Source: an uncultured bacterium (GTDB taxonomy: Bacteria > Actinomycetota > Acidimicrobiia > Spongiisociales > UBA5794). From it: a stretch of 64,000 bases of DNA. Position numbers and translations under genes: made by a program. The notes beneath the pieces are model-generated. The model searched no databases. It was given only the letters and a program-made list of their open reading frames with translations, and was not told the DNA's origin. The stretch is taken from the NCBI GenBank assembly GCA_963801165.1, contig CAWDDT010000006.1:590577-654576 (forward strand), given 5' to 3'. This document shows positions 29,431 through 39,616 of the stretch, piece by piece; position 1 is the stretch's first letter; every line of letters starts with the position of its first letter.

Positions 29431-29895
29431 ATGGCAACTGACAGCAGAGACACCAGCATGCGGCGCCGAAGCAGGGAACGCCGAGCCACACGCGCACCGC
29501 TACGGTTGCCGGAGCGCCGCACCGGGTTCGACCGCCGTGACCCACCGGGCTGGCGTGGCCGATACCAGGCCGAGCTGAGGCAGTTCGGAAGTAGCGCGTT
29601 GGCGTTTCCGCTCGTGGTGGCCACGATCGTGGTCTTCAACTTCATCGACTACATCATGACGATTCGGGTACTTGGTGCCGGCGGTCTAGAGCTCAACCCG
29701 ATCATGCAACGGCTATTTGAGATGGGGATGGGGACCGCGGCTCTCGTCAAGCTGCTGACCGCCGGTGTCGTTGCCCTGGTCCTCCTGGCGCTCCGTCGCT
29801 ACCGGCGAACGCTCGAAGTGTCGCTGCTCGTCCTGCTCGGATACAGCGCATTGACGTTCTATCACGCCTACCTAGCGATGCGTCTGCGCGGCTGA
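29431..29895 (+). CDS. Membrane protein (DUF5658-like)
   Basis: FNFIDYIMT..GGLELNPIM..VK; N-terminal ERR/DRR repeats. Confidence 0.72.
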   Translation: MATDSRDTSMRRRSRERRATRAPLRLPERRTGFDRRDPPGWRGRYQAELRQFGSSALAFPLVVATIVVFNFIDYIMTIRVLGAGGLELNPIMQRLFEMGMGTAALVKLLTAGVVALVLLALRRYRRTLEVSLLVLLGYSALTFYHAYLAMRLRG

Positions 29896-29903
29896 TTGCG
29901 ACG

Positions 29904-30071
29904 TCAGTTGGCTCGACGAGACCCGCTCGCCTTCCTGGCTGCCTTCTTGGTGGACCCATCGTGCTGGGCAACCAGGTTGGGACCGTTGAAGGGCCGGCCG
30001 GGCTTGCTCGTCCGCTTGGCGGGTTGCTGCTGACGGACCTTGGTGGCGCGTACTTTGGATGCACCGGACAT
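29904..30071 (-). CDS. 55-aa basic small protein (below ORF-track cutoff)
   Basis: MSGASKVRATKVRQQQPAKRTSKPGRPFNGPNLVAQHDGSTKKAARKASGSRRAN; GAGGA 8 nt upstream. Confidence 0.55.
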   Translation of the reverse strand: MSGASKVRATKVRQQQPAKRTSKPGRPFNGPNLVAQHDGSTKKAARKASGSRRAN

Positions 30072-30151
30072 AGTTGTCTTCCTCGAGTGACGACCGGGTT
30101 ACGACCCGGCAGGGTGATGAGAACGAGTCATTCTCAAATTGCAAAAGACGA

Positions 30152-30331
30152 TCAACGGTCGAATCGGTCCCAACCGTCGCGGCTGCGCCGGGAGCCCTTG
30201 CCGTGCGAAGCGTTCTTCCCGGTCCGGCGTCGATTGGGACCACTGGACTGATTTCCAGAACCCCGCTCGTTGTAGCTGCCTCGATCCCAACCTTCCGTTT
30301 CTTCGAAGGGACGGTCCACTCTGCGGCTCAT
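30152..30331 (-). CDS. 59-aa Arg/Gly/Ser-rich small protein
   Basis: MSRRVDRPFEETEGWDR...RDGWDRFDR; GAAAGG 6 nt upstream; promoter upstream. Confidence 0.5.
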   Translation of the reverse strand: MSRRVDRPFEETEGWDRGSYNERGSGNQSSGPNRRRTGKNASHGKGSRRSRDGWDRFDR

Positions 30332-30391
30332 GCGCAGCCTTTCCGCTAGTGCCCGCGTACGGGATTCGTCGGCACCATGCCGAACGCGGTC

Positions 30392-30420
30392 AAGGTACCC
30401 GATCGCTAGTTCGCTAGCAA
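30392..30420 (-). promoter_or_regulatory. Sigma70-type promoter
   Basis: TTGCTA-17 bp-TACCTT on the minus strand. Confidence 0.5.
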
Positions 30421-30629
30421 GCAGTTTCCGAGCGGTACGAGACCCCAAAACGAGGGACAACCGACTCTATTTCAGTTCCGCACCTCGCCTCCGGTGCGGG
30501 GCCGATGAAGACCCGCCACAACGGCGTCATATCGCTTCTCGAAGGCTCAGGCCTAGGGCGACTCCTCGAGCTGGGTGAGGAGAACCGGGCACGCTCGGGC
30601 TCACCGGGCAGATGGCGGTAGGCGACGAC

Positions 30630-30759
30630 CCGGATCGCCGTCCCGGTGGCGACACCGGCCCTGGTCGCAGCCGCGCTCATCGGCGCTCCATTGAACCCTC
30701 GCCCGGCAACGAGATCTCGCAACCCTACGGATTGCCCACGGGCGATCGGGAGCCGTCAC
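30630..30759 (-). pseudogene. TetR-family regulator remnant
   Basis: GTGA overlap with the SDR stop; VTAPDRP.AIRR / frameshift / LRDLVAGRGFNGAPMSAAATRAGVATGTA, then truncated. Confidence 0.6.
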
Positions 30760-31694
30760 GCCCGATCTGTGTGATCGAATTGCAAGCGGGTTCCCGTCAT
30801 TTCCTGCGATACCGCCCACAGCGTGTCGATGGCCTTCTGCAGACCAAGCCTGCGCAGAATCGGCCTACGCACTGGCGGCCCGTTCTGCATGAAGCGAGGG
30901 CAATAGAACTCGCCGCCTCTTGCAGCAGGGTCGGTGGCGGCGCGCAGCTGGGGCAGGCATCCATGGTCCGGTTCCATCCCGGTGCTGGCGGCGAGCCATT
31001 TCCATATCGGGGCCGACCATCCACCGCCGCCCTCGTCAACCGTATGCACCTGGAGGTTGGTGTGTGACAGACCGGGGTGGGCGAGCAGGCTCTGTGCGGT
31101 CAGACCGCGTCTTGCGAACTCCTGCTGCAGCCCGATTCCGAAGTGGAAGTTGGCCAACTTGGCTTGCCCGTATGCCTTCCATGCTCCATAGCTCCCCTCG
31201 AGGTTGGGGTTCTTGGGGTCGACGCTCCTGCCGAAGTGGTGTGCGGTGCTGGTGACGGTGACCACCCGGGCTGCCGATGCCATCAGCAACGGCTTCATCA
31301 GGCCGGCGGTGAGCACCCAGTGACCGAGGTGGTCGACCCCGAACTGCATCTCGAACCCATCCTCGGTGCGGCGCTCGGGCAATCCCATGAGCCCGGCATT
31401 GTTGAGCAGGATGTCGATTGTGGGGTGATTGGCCGTGATCTGCCCGGCCGCCCGACGCACCGAGTCGAGCGAAGCCAGGTCGAGCTGGACTATCTCGAGC
31501 GAGGCGTCGGGGTGGGCGGCCACGATCTCGTCGTAGGCGCTCTTCGCCTTGGTCTGGTTGCGCACCGCCATGACGACGTGGGCGCCGGCCCCCGCCAGCG
31601 CCTTTGCTGATTCGAGACCGAGCCCGCCATTGGCTCCGGTCACGACGGCGATTTTGCCGGTCAGGTCTGGCATGTCGGCGACGGTCCAGCCCAT
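30756..31694 (-). CDS. Short-chain dehydrogenase/reductase
   Basis: [17 protein letters not shown]. Confidence 0.93.
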   Translation of the reverse strand: MGWTVADMPDLTGKIAVVTGANGGLGLESAKALAGAGAHVVMAVRNQTKAKSAYDEIVAAHPDASLEIVQLDLASLDSVRRAAGQITANHPTIDILLNNAGLMGLPERRTEDGFEMQFGVDHLGHWVLTAGLMKPLLMASAARVVTVTSTAHHFGRSVDPKNPNLEGSYGAWKAYGQAKLANFHFGIGLQQEFARRGLTAQSLLAHPGLSHTNLQVHTVDEGGGGWSAPIWKWLAASTGMEPDHGCLPQLRAATDPAARGGEFYCPRFMQNGPPVRRPILRRLGLQKAIDTLWAVSQEMTGTRLQFDHTDRA

Positions 31695-31768
31695 GTCCTC
31701 GCTCCCTGGTAGGTGGCTGCCCATTGTGAATGATCGTTTATTCGGCGGCAAGTGCGTGCCGTGTCAAG

Positions 31769-31990
31769 GCGATCGGAGATGGGTGCCTGGTCGCACTCCC
31801 CTACGGTTCGGAAACTGACTGGTTGTAGAACCTCATGGCGGCCGGCGCAGCCACCATCGTGCATGAGGGTGAGACGATCACAGTCGATCGGCTTCGCGTA
31901 GTTTCGATCGACGCCGTCCGTCACGCGTTCGGTGCCGCCGACCAACAGGCTCACCGCGCCGTCGGGTGTCGCCGACTGCCTTCTCCTGCA
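31769..31990 (+). pseudogene. Remnant of a deazaflavin-dependent nitroreductase (DDN)-like gene
   Basis: LVALPYGSETDWL*NLMAAGAATIVHEG with in-frame TAG at 31826; no N-terminus. Confidence 0.55.
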
Positions 31991-32057
31991 CCGGTCGGAT
32001 TGACCTGTCGTCGCCGGCCATTGTCATTTCCGGGCAACAGGCTGGCAGAATCGACGC

Positions 32058-33032
32058 ATGGAAGAAACGAGCTACGAGGTCGACGGCGATGTCGTAGCGG
32101 TCACCCATCCCGACAAGGTGATGTTCCCAAGGCAGGGGTGGACCAAACGCGACCTCGTCGAGCATTACGTCACATGTGTGGACGGTGCCCTCGCCGGAAT
32201 CTTCGGACGCCCGACGATGCTCAAGTGCTTCCCACGGGGCGTTGGGGAGAAGCCCTACTTCAGGAAGCGGGCACCTGCATCGGCGGGAGAGCGCGTTTTC
32301 GTCAAGTTCCCTTCCGGCAGGACCGCCGGGTACTTCGTTCCCCGGACTCCGGCAGACGTCGTCTGGATGGCCCAGCTCAACTGCGTCGACCTCAACCCCT
32401 GGCCGACCCGGGTCGAGCATGTCGAGAATTCGGACGAGCTGCGCATCGACCTCGACCCCACCCCGCAGGCGACGTGGAAGGACGTGCAGCAGGTGGCGCT
32501 CGAGGTAAGACGGGTGCTCGCCGACTTTGGCCTGACCGGCTTTCCCAAGACATCCGGATCGAAGGGGATCCATATCTATGTGCGGATCGAGCCCCGCTAC
32601 TCCTTCCTCGATGTCCGCACGGCCGCGCTGGCGTTTGGTCGTGAGGTAGAGAGGAGACGGCCCGACATCGTCACGACACAATGGTGGAAAGAGAACCGGC
32701 ACGGGGTGTTCATCGACTACAACCAGAACAGCCGGGACCGCACCATAGCCAGCGCCTACTCGGTTCGTCCCACCGGTTGGGTCTCGGCGCCCCTCACCTG
32801 GGACGAGGTCCCTGAGGCGGAGCTGGCCGACTTCCCGATGGTCGGATTTGCGGCGCGATATGCAGAAGTCGGCGATGTGATGGAGGCGATCGACGACCAC
32901 AGCTTCCGCCTGGACGCTCTGCTCGATCACGCCCGCCGCGACCAGGCGGGCGAGCTGAGCGGCGAGCCGTGGCCGACCAGTTTCGGCAAGCCGCGGGGGC
33001 GCCGCAGCTGGTGGCCGCCTCAGCTTCCTTGA
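32058..33032 (+). CDS. Stand-alone LigD-type primase-polymerase (PrimPol)
   Basis: THPDKV, RIDLDP, KTSGSKGIH, IDYNQN, AYSVR, VSAPLTWDE. Confidence 0.9.
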   Translation: MEETSYEVDGDVVAVTHPDKVMFPRQGWTKRDLVEHYVTCVDGALAGIFGRPTMLKCFPRGVGEKPYFRKRAPASAGERVFVKFPSGRTAGYFVPRTPADVVWMAQLNCVDLNPWPTRVEHVENSDELRIDLDPTPQATWKDVQQVALEVRRVLADFGLTGFPKTSGSKGIHIYVRIEPRYSFLDVRTAALAFGREVERRRPDIVTTQWWKENRHGVFIDYNQNSRDRTIASAYSVRPTGWVSAPLTWDEVPEAELADFPMVGFAARYAEVGDVMEAIDDHSFRLDALLDHARRDQAGELSGEPWPTSFGKPRGRRSWWPPQLP

Positions 33033-33086
33033 GGTTTGAGTTTGGCTTGGCCAAACTCAAACCCGACGCGCGCCAGCGAAACCTCC

Positions 33087-34481
33087 CTAGTCCCGATACG
33101 TCCAGTCCGGCCGCTTGTGCTCCTGATTACTGTCGTAGGTCACAACCCCGTCAGCGATATCGACGATCTTGGGCGTCGGTATCTCCCGTGCCGCGACGCT
33201 GCACCGACCTTCCAGGTGCACGGCGAACTCGTCGGGGAACATGCGGAGGATGCTGGAGATCACGTTCCGCTCCTGGGTCGGCAGGTAGCAGCGGCTCCCA
33301 TCGGCGACGATGCGAAGCCGCTCTCCGATCACGTGAATGTCGCTCTCGGAACCGGTGCCGACACGAATGCGATCGAGCGCACGGGTGATCTGGCCGGTGC
33401 CGAGCTTGCAGGGGACACATTGACCGCACGACTCGACGGAGAGGAAACGAGACAATGTGTGGGCAACCTCGACCATGCACGCAGTGTCGTCATAAGCAGT
33501 GAACCCCGCGGCACCGAGACCCGACCCAATCGCCTGCATGTCCTCGTAGGTCAGAGGCGTGTCGAACCCGTCGGGGACGATCACGGCGTTCGCTACGCCC
33601 GGCACCACCGCAACGATGTCATGACCCGGATACGGACCACCGGAAAGATCGAGCAACTCGCTGAGCGTCGTGCCCATCGGCAGCTCGCGAACCCCCGGGC
33701 TGACGACGTCGCCTACGACCGTGCACACGATTGTTCCCGGCGACTCTTCGGTGCCAACCGTGCGGAACTCATCGGCTCCGTTGGCCAGGATCCAGGTGAC
33801 TTGCGCCAGGGTCTCGGCATTGTTGACCAGGGTTGGGTTGGATATCTCGTCGCCAAGGGCGTCTGCCACGAATTCGTGTGCGTCCCATCCCAGCTGAGGT
33901 GCCGCTACAAACAAGCCGTGTAGGTACGGAGGGAGCCAGCGCGGCATCGGATCTCTGCCTTCGATGACTTCGAGAAGCGCCTTCTCCTCACCGAACAGGT
34001 ATTCCTGCGGCCCGCTCACGATGGTCATCGCGATACCATCCACCCAGCCGGCTTGCTCCATCTCCTGCAACGCGCCGGCAAGACGCTGCCGCTCGATCTC
34101 GAAGGACGCCTTGAGGGCGACGAACGCCCCAGCCGCGTCGACAGTCCTGGCGGCGATCAACATCCCCTCGAGCACCTGGTACGGGTTGGCGCGGATGAGG
34201 GTCCTATCCTTGAAGGTACCCGGCTCGCCTTCTGCGGCGTTGCAGACCGCAAACCGCGTGCCTTCACCTCCTCGCAGAATCGATCGCCATTTGACCCCGG
34301 TGGGAAATCCGGCACCTCCGCGGCCACGCAGACCCGCCCCCGCCAATTCGTCGACCACGGCTGTCGCTGTCATGTCACGCGCTCGCGTCAATGCCGTTCC
34401 GCCGCCAGCGGCAACGTAGTCTTGCAGCGAGTCGATGCTCCGTTCCGGGAGCACCCGCCTGGGATGAGTGTGATCCGACAC
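33087..34481 (-). CDS. NuoF-like FMN/NADH-binding Fe-S protein (orphan)
   Basis: GLRGRGGAGFPTG.KW, NAAEGEPGTFKDR, GEEKAL, PTLVNNAET, ESCGQCVPC..C. Confidence 0.88.
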   Translation of the reverse strand: MSDHTHPRRVLPERSIDSLQDYVAAGGGTALTRARDMTATAVVDELAGAGLRGRGGAGFPTGVKWRSILRGGEGTRFAVCNAAEGEPGTFKDRTLIRANPYQVLEGMLIAARTVDAAGAFVALKASFEIERQRLAGALQEMEQAGWVDGIAMTIVSGPQEYLFGEEKALLEVIEGRDPMPRWLPPYLHGLFVAAPQLGWDAHEFVADALGDEISNPTLVNNAETLAQVTWILANGADEFRTVGTEESPGTIVCTVVGDVVSPGVRELPMGTTLSELLDLSGGPYPGHDIVAVVPGVANAVIVPDGFDTPLTYEDMQAIGSGLGAAGFTAYDDTACMVEVAHTLSRFLSVESCGQCVPCKLGTGQITRALDRIRVGTGSESDIHVIGERLRIVADGSRCYLPTQERNVISSILRMFPDEFAVHLEGRCSVAAREIPTPKIVDIADGVVTYDSNQEHKRPDWTYRD

Positions 34482-34654
34482 GACAGGTCGACCTCGTGAA
34501 TGGCAAGCGCCTCACCTTCGACACTAACCGGTATCGGATGGCTCGGTGCCCAACAAGAAGTCTGTCCGAACGTCCAGATCGGCGAGTTCGGCCGGTTCGG
34601 ACACCAGGTCGCAATGTGGCTCCTGGCGCACGAGGTTTGTGCAAGCATGGGCCC

Positions 34655-35860
34655 GTGAGATCCCGGATCCCCGCAGCCTTCCGCAACCTGCCCCGCACCG
34701 TCGTTGCCCTCGGCTTCGTCAGCTTCTTCACGGATCTCTCCAGCGAGATGATCTACCCGCTGCTCCCGCTCTTCCTAGTCGACGTGCTCGGGGCGGGAGC
34801 GGTTGCCCTCGGGACCATCGAAGGAATCGCGGAATCGACCGCCGCCCTGCTCAAGGTGGTCTCGGGTTGGTGGACCGATCGGTCAAGACGGCGCAAACCA
34901 CTCGTCGTCGGTGGCTACAGCCTCTCCGGGTTGGTCCGACCGCTGATCGGGCTCGCCGGGACCTGGCCCGTCGTCGTCCTACTCCGATTCGGGGACCGGG
35001 TCGGCAAGGGCCTGCGGACGTCTCCCCGCGACGCCCTGATCGCCGATGTCACTCCCCCGCAGCGTCTCGGCGCCGCCTATGGGTTACACCGCGCCATGGA
35101 CCATGGCGGAGCAGTCGTGGGCCCGCTGGCCGCGGCGGGCCTCTTGCTTCTTCCGGGGATGACCCTGCGTCGTGTCTTTGTGCTGGCCGCCGTCCCCGCT
35201 GCGGTGGTGGTTGCCGTTCTGGTCTTCGCCGTACATGAGCAGGGCCGGACCGCGGAGGCAGTCGCCGAGCCGGTGTCGCTCCGGCTCGGCTGGAACGCGA
35301 TGGGGACCCCGATGCGACGGTTGCTCCTGGCGCTCGTCGTGTTCACCCTCGGCAACAGCACCGATGCCTTCCTGCTCTTGCGACTCACCGACGCCGGGTT
35401 TGCGGCCACGTGGATCGCAGTGCTTTGGTCGCTGCATCATGTGGTCAAGATGGGCGCCAACCTCTACGGCGGTCACCTCTCCGATCGGCTGGGGCGGAGG
35501 AACCTGATCATCGCCGGCTGGATGGTCTATGCGGCGATCTACGCCGGATTCGGGCTGACCTCGGGCACTGCAGCCCTCGTCGCGCTGTTCCTCGGTTACG
35601 GGATCTATTTCGGTCTGACCGAGCCCGTCGAGCGGGCCTGGGTCGCTTCTCTCGCCCCGCAGGAATCAAGAGGATCTGCGTTTGGCTTCTACCACGGCGC
35701 CATCGGGCTGACCGCGCTGCCGGCCAGCATCATCTTCGGCGTCATCTACGCCGCAGCCGGCCCGGGTGCCGCCTTCGGAACCGGCGCCGCGCTCGCGCTC
35801 GTCGCCACGGCGCTGCTGCTGCGGGTGCCGGCTACCCAGCCCTTGGTGGCCAATCCGTAG
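34655..35860 (+). CDS. MFS transporter
   Basis: SFFTDLSSEM, DRVGKGLRTSPRDALI, about 12 TM segments. Confidence 0.9.
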   Translation: MRSRIPAAFRNLPRTVVALGFVSFFTDLSSEMIYPLLPLFLVDVLGAGAVALGTIEGIAESTAALLKVVSGWWTDRSRRRKPLVVGGYSLSGLVRPLIGLAGTWPVVVLLRFGDRVGKGLRTSPRDALIADVTPPQRLGAAYGLHRAMDHGGAVVGPLAAAGLLLLPGMTLRRVFVLAAVPAAVVVAVLVFAVHEQGRTAEAVAEPVSLRLGWNAMGTPMRRLLLALVVFTLGNSTDAFLLLRLTDAGFAATWIAVLWSLHHVVKMGANLYGGHLSDRLGRRNLIIAGWMVYAAIYAGFGLTSGTAALVALFLGYGIYFGLTEPVERAWVASLAPQESRGSAFGFYHGAIGLTALPASIIFGVIYAAAGPGAAFGTGAALALVATALLLRVPATQPLVANP

Positions 35861-36020
35861 CCTCGAGCTCACGCCTCACGCTTGCGAGCACGCCTAAATG
35901 CAGAGCAACCGACTCGGCCCTCACGCCCCGCCATGACGCACATGAAGACGGTCAGCCATGCCGGCGGGTTCCGGATAGTTCCACACACCAGACCGCCCCC
36001 GATCTATATCCTTTGTGTGA

Positions 36021-38663
36021 ATGCGCATGACGCCTGCTGACTCCCTGCCGACGGGACCCATCTCGTTTCTGTTCACCGACGTGGAGGGCTCGACGCGCCT
36101 GGTCCAGGCTCTCGGCGAGTTGTGGGTGGATGTACTCGCACGCCACAACGCCATATTGAGAGAAGCCGTTGGCGCGTCGGCCGGATTCCCCATCAAGACG
36201 GAAGGCGACTCGCTCTTTGCCGTATTCGGGGACGCCCGTGCCGCGGTCGCAGCTGCCGTGCACGCGCAGAGGCGCCTCGCGTCCGAACCCTGGCCGGAGG
36301 GTCACGATCTTCGGGTACGGATGGGCATTCACACCGGTGAGGCGGCACTCGTCGGGGCCGATTACGTGGGTCTCGAGGTACACCGGGCGGCCCGGATCGC
36401 CGATGCCGCCCACGGTGGCCAGATTGTGATCTCAGAACCGACCGCGATCCTGGTCGAGGCGGATCTTCCCGAAGGAGCGTCGGTCCGCGACCTCGGCAAG
36501 CATCGTCTCAAGGACCTGTCCGAACCCGAGGGGCTGTTTCAGGTGACGATCGAGGGCTTGGCCGCCGAGTTTCCGCCACTGCGTACCCTCGATGCCATTC
36601 CGAACAACTTGCCTGCGCAGGTGACCACTTTCGTCGGCCGGAAGACGGAACTCGCCAAGGCGGTCGAGTTGCTCAGCGGCACGCGGGTTCTGACTCTGAC
36701 CGGCCCCGGTGGGACGGGGAAGACACGGTTGTCACTTCAGGTCGCCGCCGAAGTGAGCCATCTCTTCGACGATGGCGTCTTCTTCGTTGAATTGTCCCCG
36801 GTGCTCGAGGTCGAGATCGTCCCATCGGTCATCCTCAACGCCCTTGGACTGTCGGCCTCGAGCAAGGACGAGACGCCACGGGAGCGGCTTGTCAATCAGC
36901 TCCGCTCGAAGGCTGTGTTGCTCATCCTCGACAACTTCGAGCAGCTTCTGAGCGCTGCGCCTATCGTGTCCGAGATGGTCCGTGGCGCGCCACGATCCAA
37001 GTTCGTCGTCACGTCCCGGGCGCCTCTGCGCATCAGCGGCGAACAGGAGTTTCCGGTTCCCCCGCTGGCAACCGGCGGAGCGGCCACCGTCGAAGCCGCG
37101 CTCACAATCGAGGGCGTTCAGCTACTCATCGACCGGGCCATGGCGGTGCGGCCCGATTTCTCACTGACACCCGGGAATGTCGCGGCCGTGGTCGAACTGG
37201 TCGAGATGCTCGACGGTCTTCCCCTGGCGATCGAGTTGGTGGCGTCGCGGATCCGTCTGCTCCCGGTCGAGTCGATCCTCAACCACCTCGACGCCCGCAT
37301 GCTCAGCTCAGGGTCGGTCGATCTGCCCGAGCGCCAGCGGACGATCACCAACGCGATCGATTGGAGCTACGGACTGCTCGGCCCCGCCGAACAGCACCTG
37401 TTCAGGCGGCTCTCGGTCTTCTCCGGGGGCGCTCGACTCGAAGAGATCGAGGCACTGTGCCTGGGCTGGGACCTCGGCATCCACCTCCTCGATGGCTTGC
37501 AGGTCCTCGTCGATCACAGCTTGCTGAGCGCGATCGCCGCACAGCCCTCTCCCCGGTTCCGCATGCTGCATGTGATCCGCGAGTTCGCCATGGAGCGGCT
37601 CGCAGAAGCGGGTGAAGCAGAGGCCGCGCAGGTAGCCCATCTCGATGTCTATACCGAATTGGTCGAGGGTGCGGCTCCCGAGCTGCTTAGAAAGGATCGT
37701 CGCCGCTGGCTAGACCTCCTCGACGCAGATCACGACAACATCCGGGTGGCTCTGGAGTGGGGCGTGGCCAGCGGCCGCAACGAGCTGGTACAGCGTCTTG
37801 CCGCGGCATCGTGGCGTTTCTGGCAGGCGCGTGGCCATCTGCATGAGGCGAAGTGGCGGCTCGAGCAAGCACTGGCAATGGCAGGAGGGAACGACCGGCA
37901 CCGGGCCAAGGTGCTCGAAGCCCTGGGTGGTGTCTATTGGTGGCGAGGCGAGATGGGTCGCTGCGTCGAAATGTACGAAAGTGCATTGGAGTTGCACCGA
38001 GCCATTGGTGACGAGCGCGAACTGGCCAACGCCTTGTACAACTACGGACTGTCGGTTGGGTTCCATCTCTCCGAGTCTGATCGATCGAGGGCCGTCATCG
38101 GCGAGGCCCGGGAGATCTACGAGCGGCTCGGCGATGAGGACGGCCTGGGTGATGTCGCCTGGGGGTTGGGCAACGCACTCGTCGCAGATCGGCAGCCTGC
38201 GGCGCTCGAGGAGTTCAAGAAGGCCGCGGCGCATTACGGCATCTCGGGCAACGAGTTCGGACTCGGATGGTCGACATTCGAGGTGGGTGGCTACTACGCC
38301 CGGACGGGCGACTTCGAGAACGCCTGGCCGCCCTTGCGACAGGCCATGGAGCTGTTCGGATCACACCAGGACGTCTCCGGCGTCGTAATGGTCGGCTCCG
38401 AACTTGCCGCCGTCGCGCTCGGGCTCGGCGACAGGTCGAGAGCGTACCGGATGGCCGGAATGGTGGACACACAACGTGTGGCTTCCGGCGTCGACCTCGT
38501 GTCGATCGACTTCAACGTTCACGAGGGCTTGGAGCGAGAGACGCTGGGCCGGCTGGAGGGAGACGACCGGGTCGCATACGAAGAGGGCAAGCGAGCCGAT
38601 CTCCCCACGCTTGTGGCGTACGCGCTTGCCGGTCCCACCGACGCCGAGCGACACGTCGCATAG
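36021..38663 (+). CDS. Adenylate/guanylate cyclase + STAND NTPase + TPR protein
   Basis: FLFTDVEGST, TEGD, RMGIHTG; FVGR, GPGGTGKT, LDNFE, GLPLAIEL; helical repeats. Confidence 0.9.
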   Translation: MRMTPADSLPTGPISFLFTDVEGSTRLVQALGELWVDVLARHNAILREAVGASAGFPIKTEGDSLFAVFGDARAAVAAAVHAQRRLASEPWPEGHDLRVRMGIHTGEAALVGADYVGLEVHRAARIADAAHGGQIVISEPTAILVEADLPEGASVRDLGKHRLKDLSEPEGLFQVTIEGLAAEFPPLRTLDAIPNNLPAQVTTFVGRKTELAKAVELLSGTRVLTLTGPGGTGKTRLSLQVAAEVSHLFDDGVFFVELSPVLEVEIVPSVILNALGLSASSKDETPRERLVNQLRSKAVLLILDNFEQLLSAAPIVSEMVRGAPRSKFVVTSRAPLRISGEQEFPVPPLATGGAATVEAALTIEGVQLLIDRAMAVRPDFSLTPGNVAAVVELVEMLDGLPLAIELVASRIRLLPVESILNHLDARMLSSGSVDLPERQRTITNAIDWSYGLLGPAEQHLFRRLSVFSGGARLEEIEALCLGWDLGIHLLDGLQVLVDHSLLSAIAAQPSPRFRMLHVIREFAMERLAEAGEAEAAQVAHLDVYTELVEGAAPELLRKDRRRWLDLLDADHDNIRVALEWGVASGRNELVQRLAAASWRFWQARGHLHEAKWRLEQALAMAGGNDRHRAKVLEALGGVYWWRGEMGRCVEMYESALELHRAIGDERELANALYNYGLSVGFHLSESDRSRAVIGEAREIYERLGDEDGLGDVAWGLGNALVADRQPAALEEFKKAAAHYGISGNEFGLGWSTFEVGGYYARTGDFENAWPPLRQAMELFGSHQDVSGVVMVGSELAAVALGLGDRSRAYRMAGMVDTQRVASGVDLVSIDFNVHEGLERETLGRLEGDDRVAYEEGKRADLPTLVAYALAGPTDAERHVA

Positions 38664-38887
38664 CCGACGGCGAGCAACCGGCGGTGACATGTCGAGGAAA
38701 TGGCGGCGACGGATGGTGGCCACACACAAAGCAATCCGACACCAACGTCACAGCCATCCTGCAACGCGGTGGATAAACGCTGACGCCGTTACACCAGACT
38801 GTCACCGCAATCCTTGATCGGCCCTCGCCAGCACAATCGAAACCAGCAACCGCTTGAACGCCTCCGGCCAAACCCGTGAGGCCGGCG

Positions 38888-39523
38888 CTATGCGATATGT
38901 ACCTGCAGAACTCCGGCAGCGTCGATCCAGGCGGAGACAACAACCTCTTTGTTTCCGCCCTTGTGCCAGGTCCTGATAGTGATCGCCGACCCGTCATCCT
39001 GCACCACTTCACCCTGCCAATTCTTTTTCAGCGAAAAGTCTGCGATGCGTAACTCCCCACTGACAACCTCAAACGTCACCCAACCAGAGCCCATGTCAAC
39101 AGTCACCGACTGATCCGCCGGCACCCCATTCGCAGGGACCGTCGTCGAAGTAGTCGTCGTCGTAGGAATCGTCGTAGTTGTCGTAGTTGTCGTCGTAGGA
39201 ATCGTCGTAGTAGTCGTTGTCGTGGTAGTCGTTGCAGGTATCGTCGTGGAAGTCGTGGTCGTCGTAACAGGAGCGGCAGTCGTGGTAGTCGACGGCGGAG
39301 CCAAAGTAGTTGTAACGCCGGGCCCCGGCGTAGAACCATCAGTAGTCGACGTCTGATGCGACGAAGCCATGTCGCCCTCGAGCGCGTAGAACTGTGTACT
39401 CATCGCCGAACTGATCAGATCCAGCGCCGAAATGGCCGGAACCATGAGCAACGAGACAATCAACGCGTATTCAACCATCGAAGCGCCTCGTTCGCTGCGC
39501 ATCCCACGAAACATCCTTCTCAC
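38888..39523 (-). CDS. Flp-type prepilin fused to a Thr-rich stalk and C-terminal domain
   Basis: ERG|ASMVEYALIVSLL (E+5, Y+6), long T-tract, globular tail. Confidence 0.75.
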   Translation of the reverse strand: MRRMFRGMRSERGASMVEYALIVSLLMVPAISALDLISSAMSTQFYALEGDMASSHQTSTTDGSTPGPGVTTTLAPPSTTTTAAPVTTTTTSTTIPATTTTTTTTTTIPTTTTTTTTTIPTTTTTSTTVPANGVPADQSVTVDMGSGWVTFEVVSGELRIADFSLKKNWQGEVVQDDGSAITIRTWHKGGNKEVVVSAWIDAAGVLQVHIA

Positions 39524-39616
39524 AATTCACCATCCAACATCGGGTAGGGGTAACAAACGGCTTCGTTGACAACCACAACAGTGGTCAATACAGGCGACAC
39601 AGCAAGGGACACAAAC

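Noticed and set aside
32058-33032. Complete NHEJ locus
   Set aside because: Only the PrimPol domain is present; no Ku or ligase gene is adjacent.
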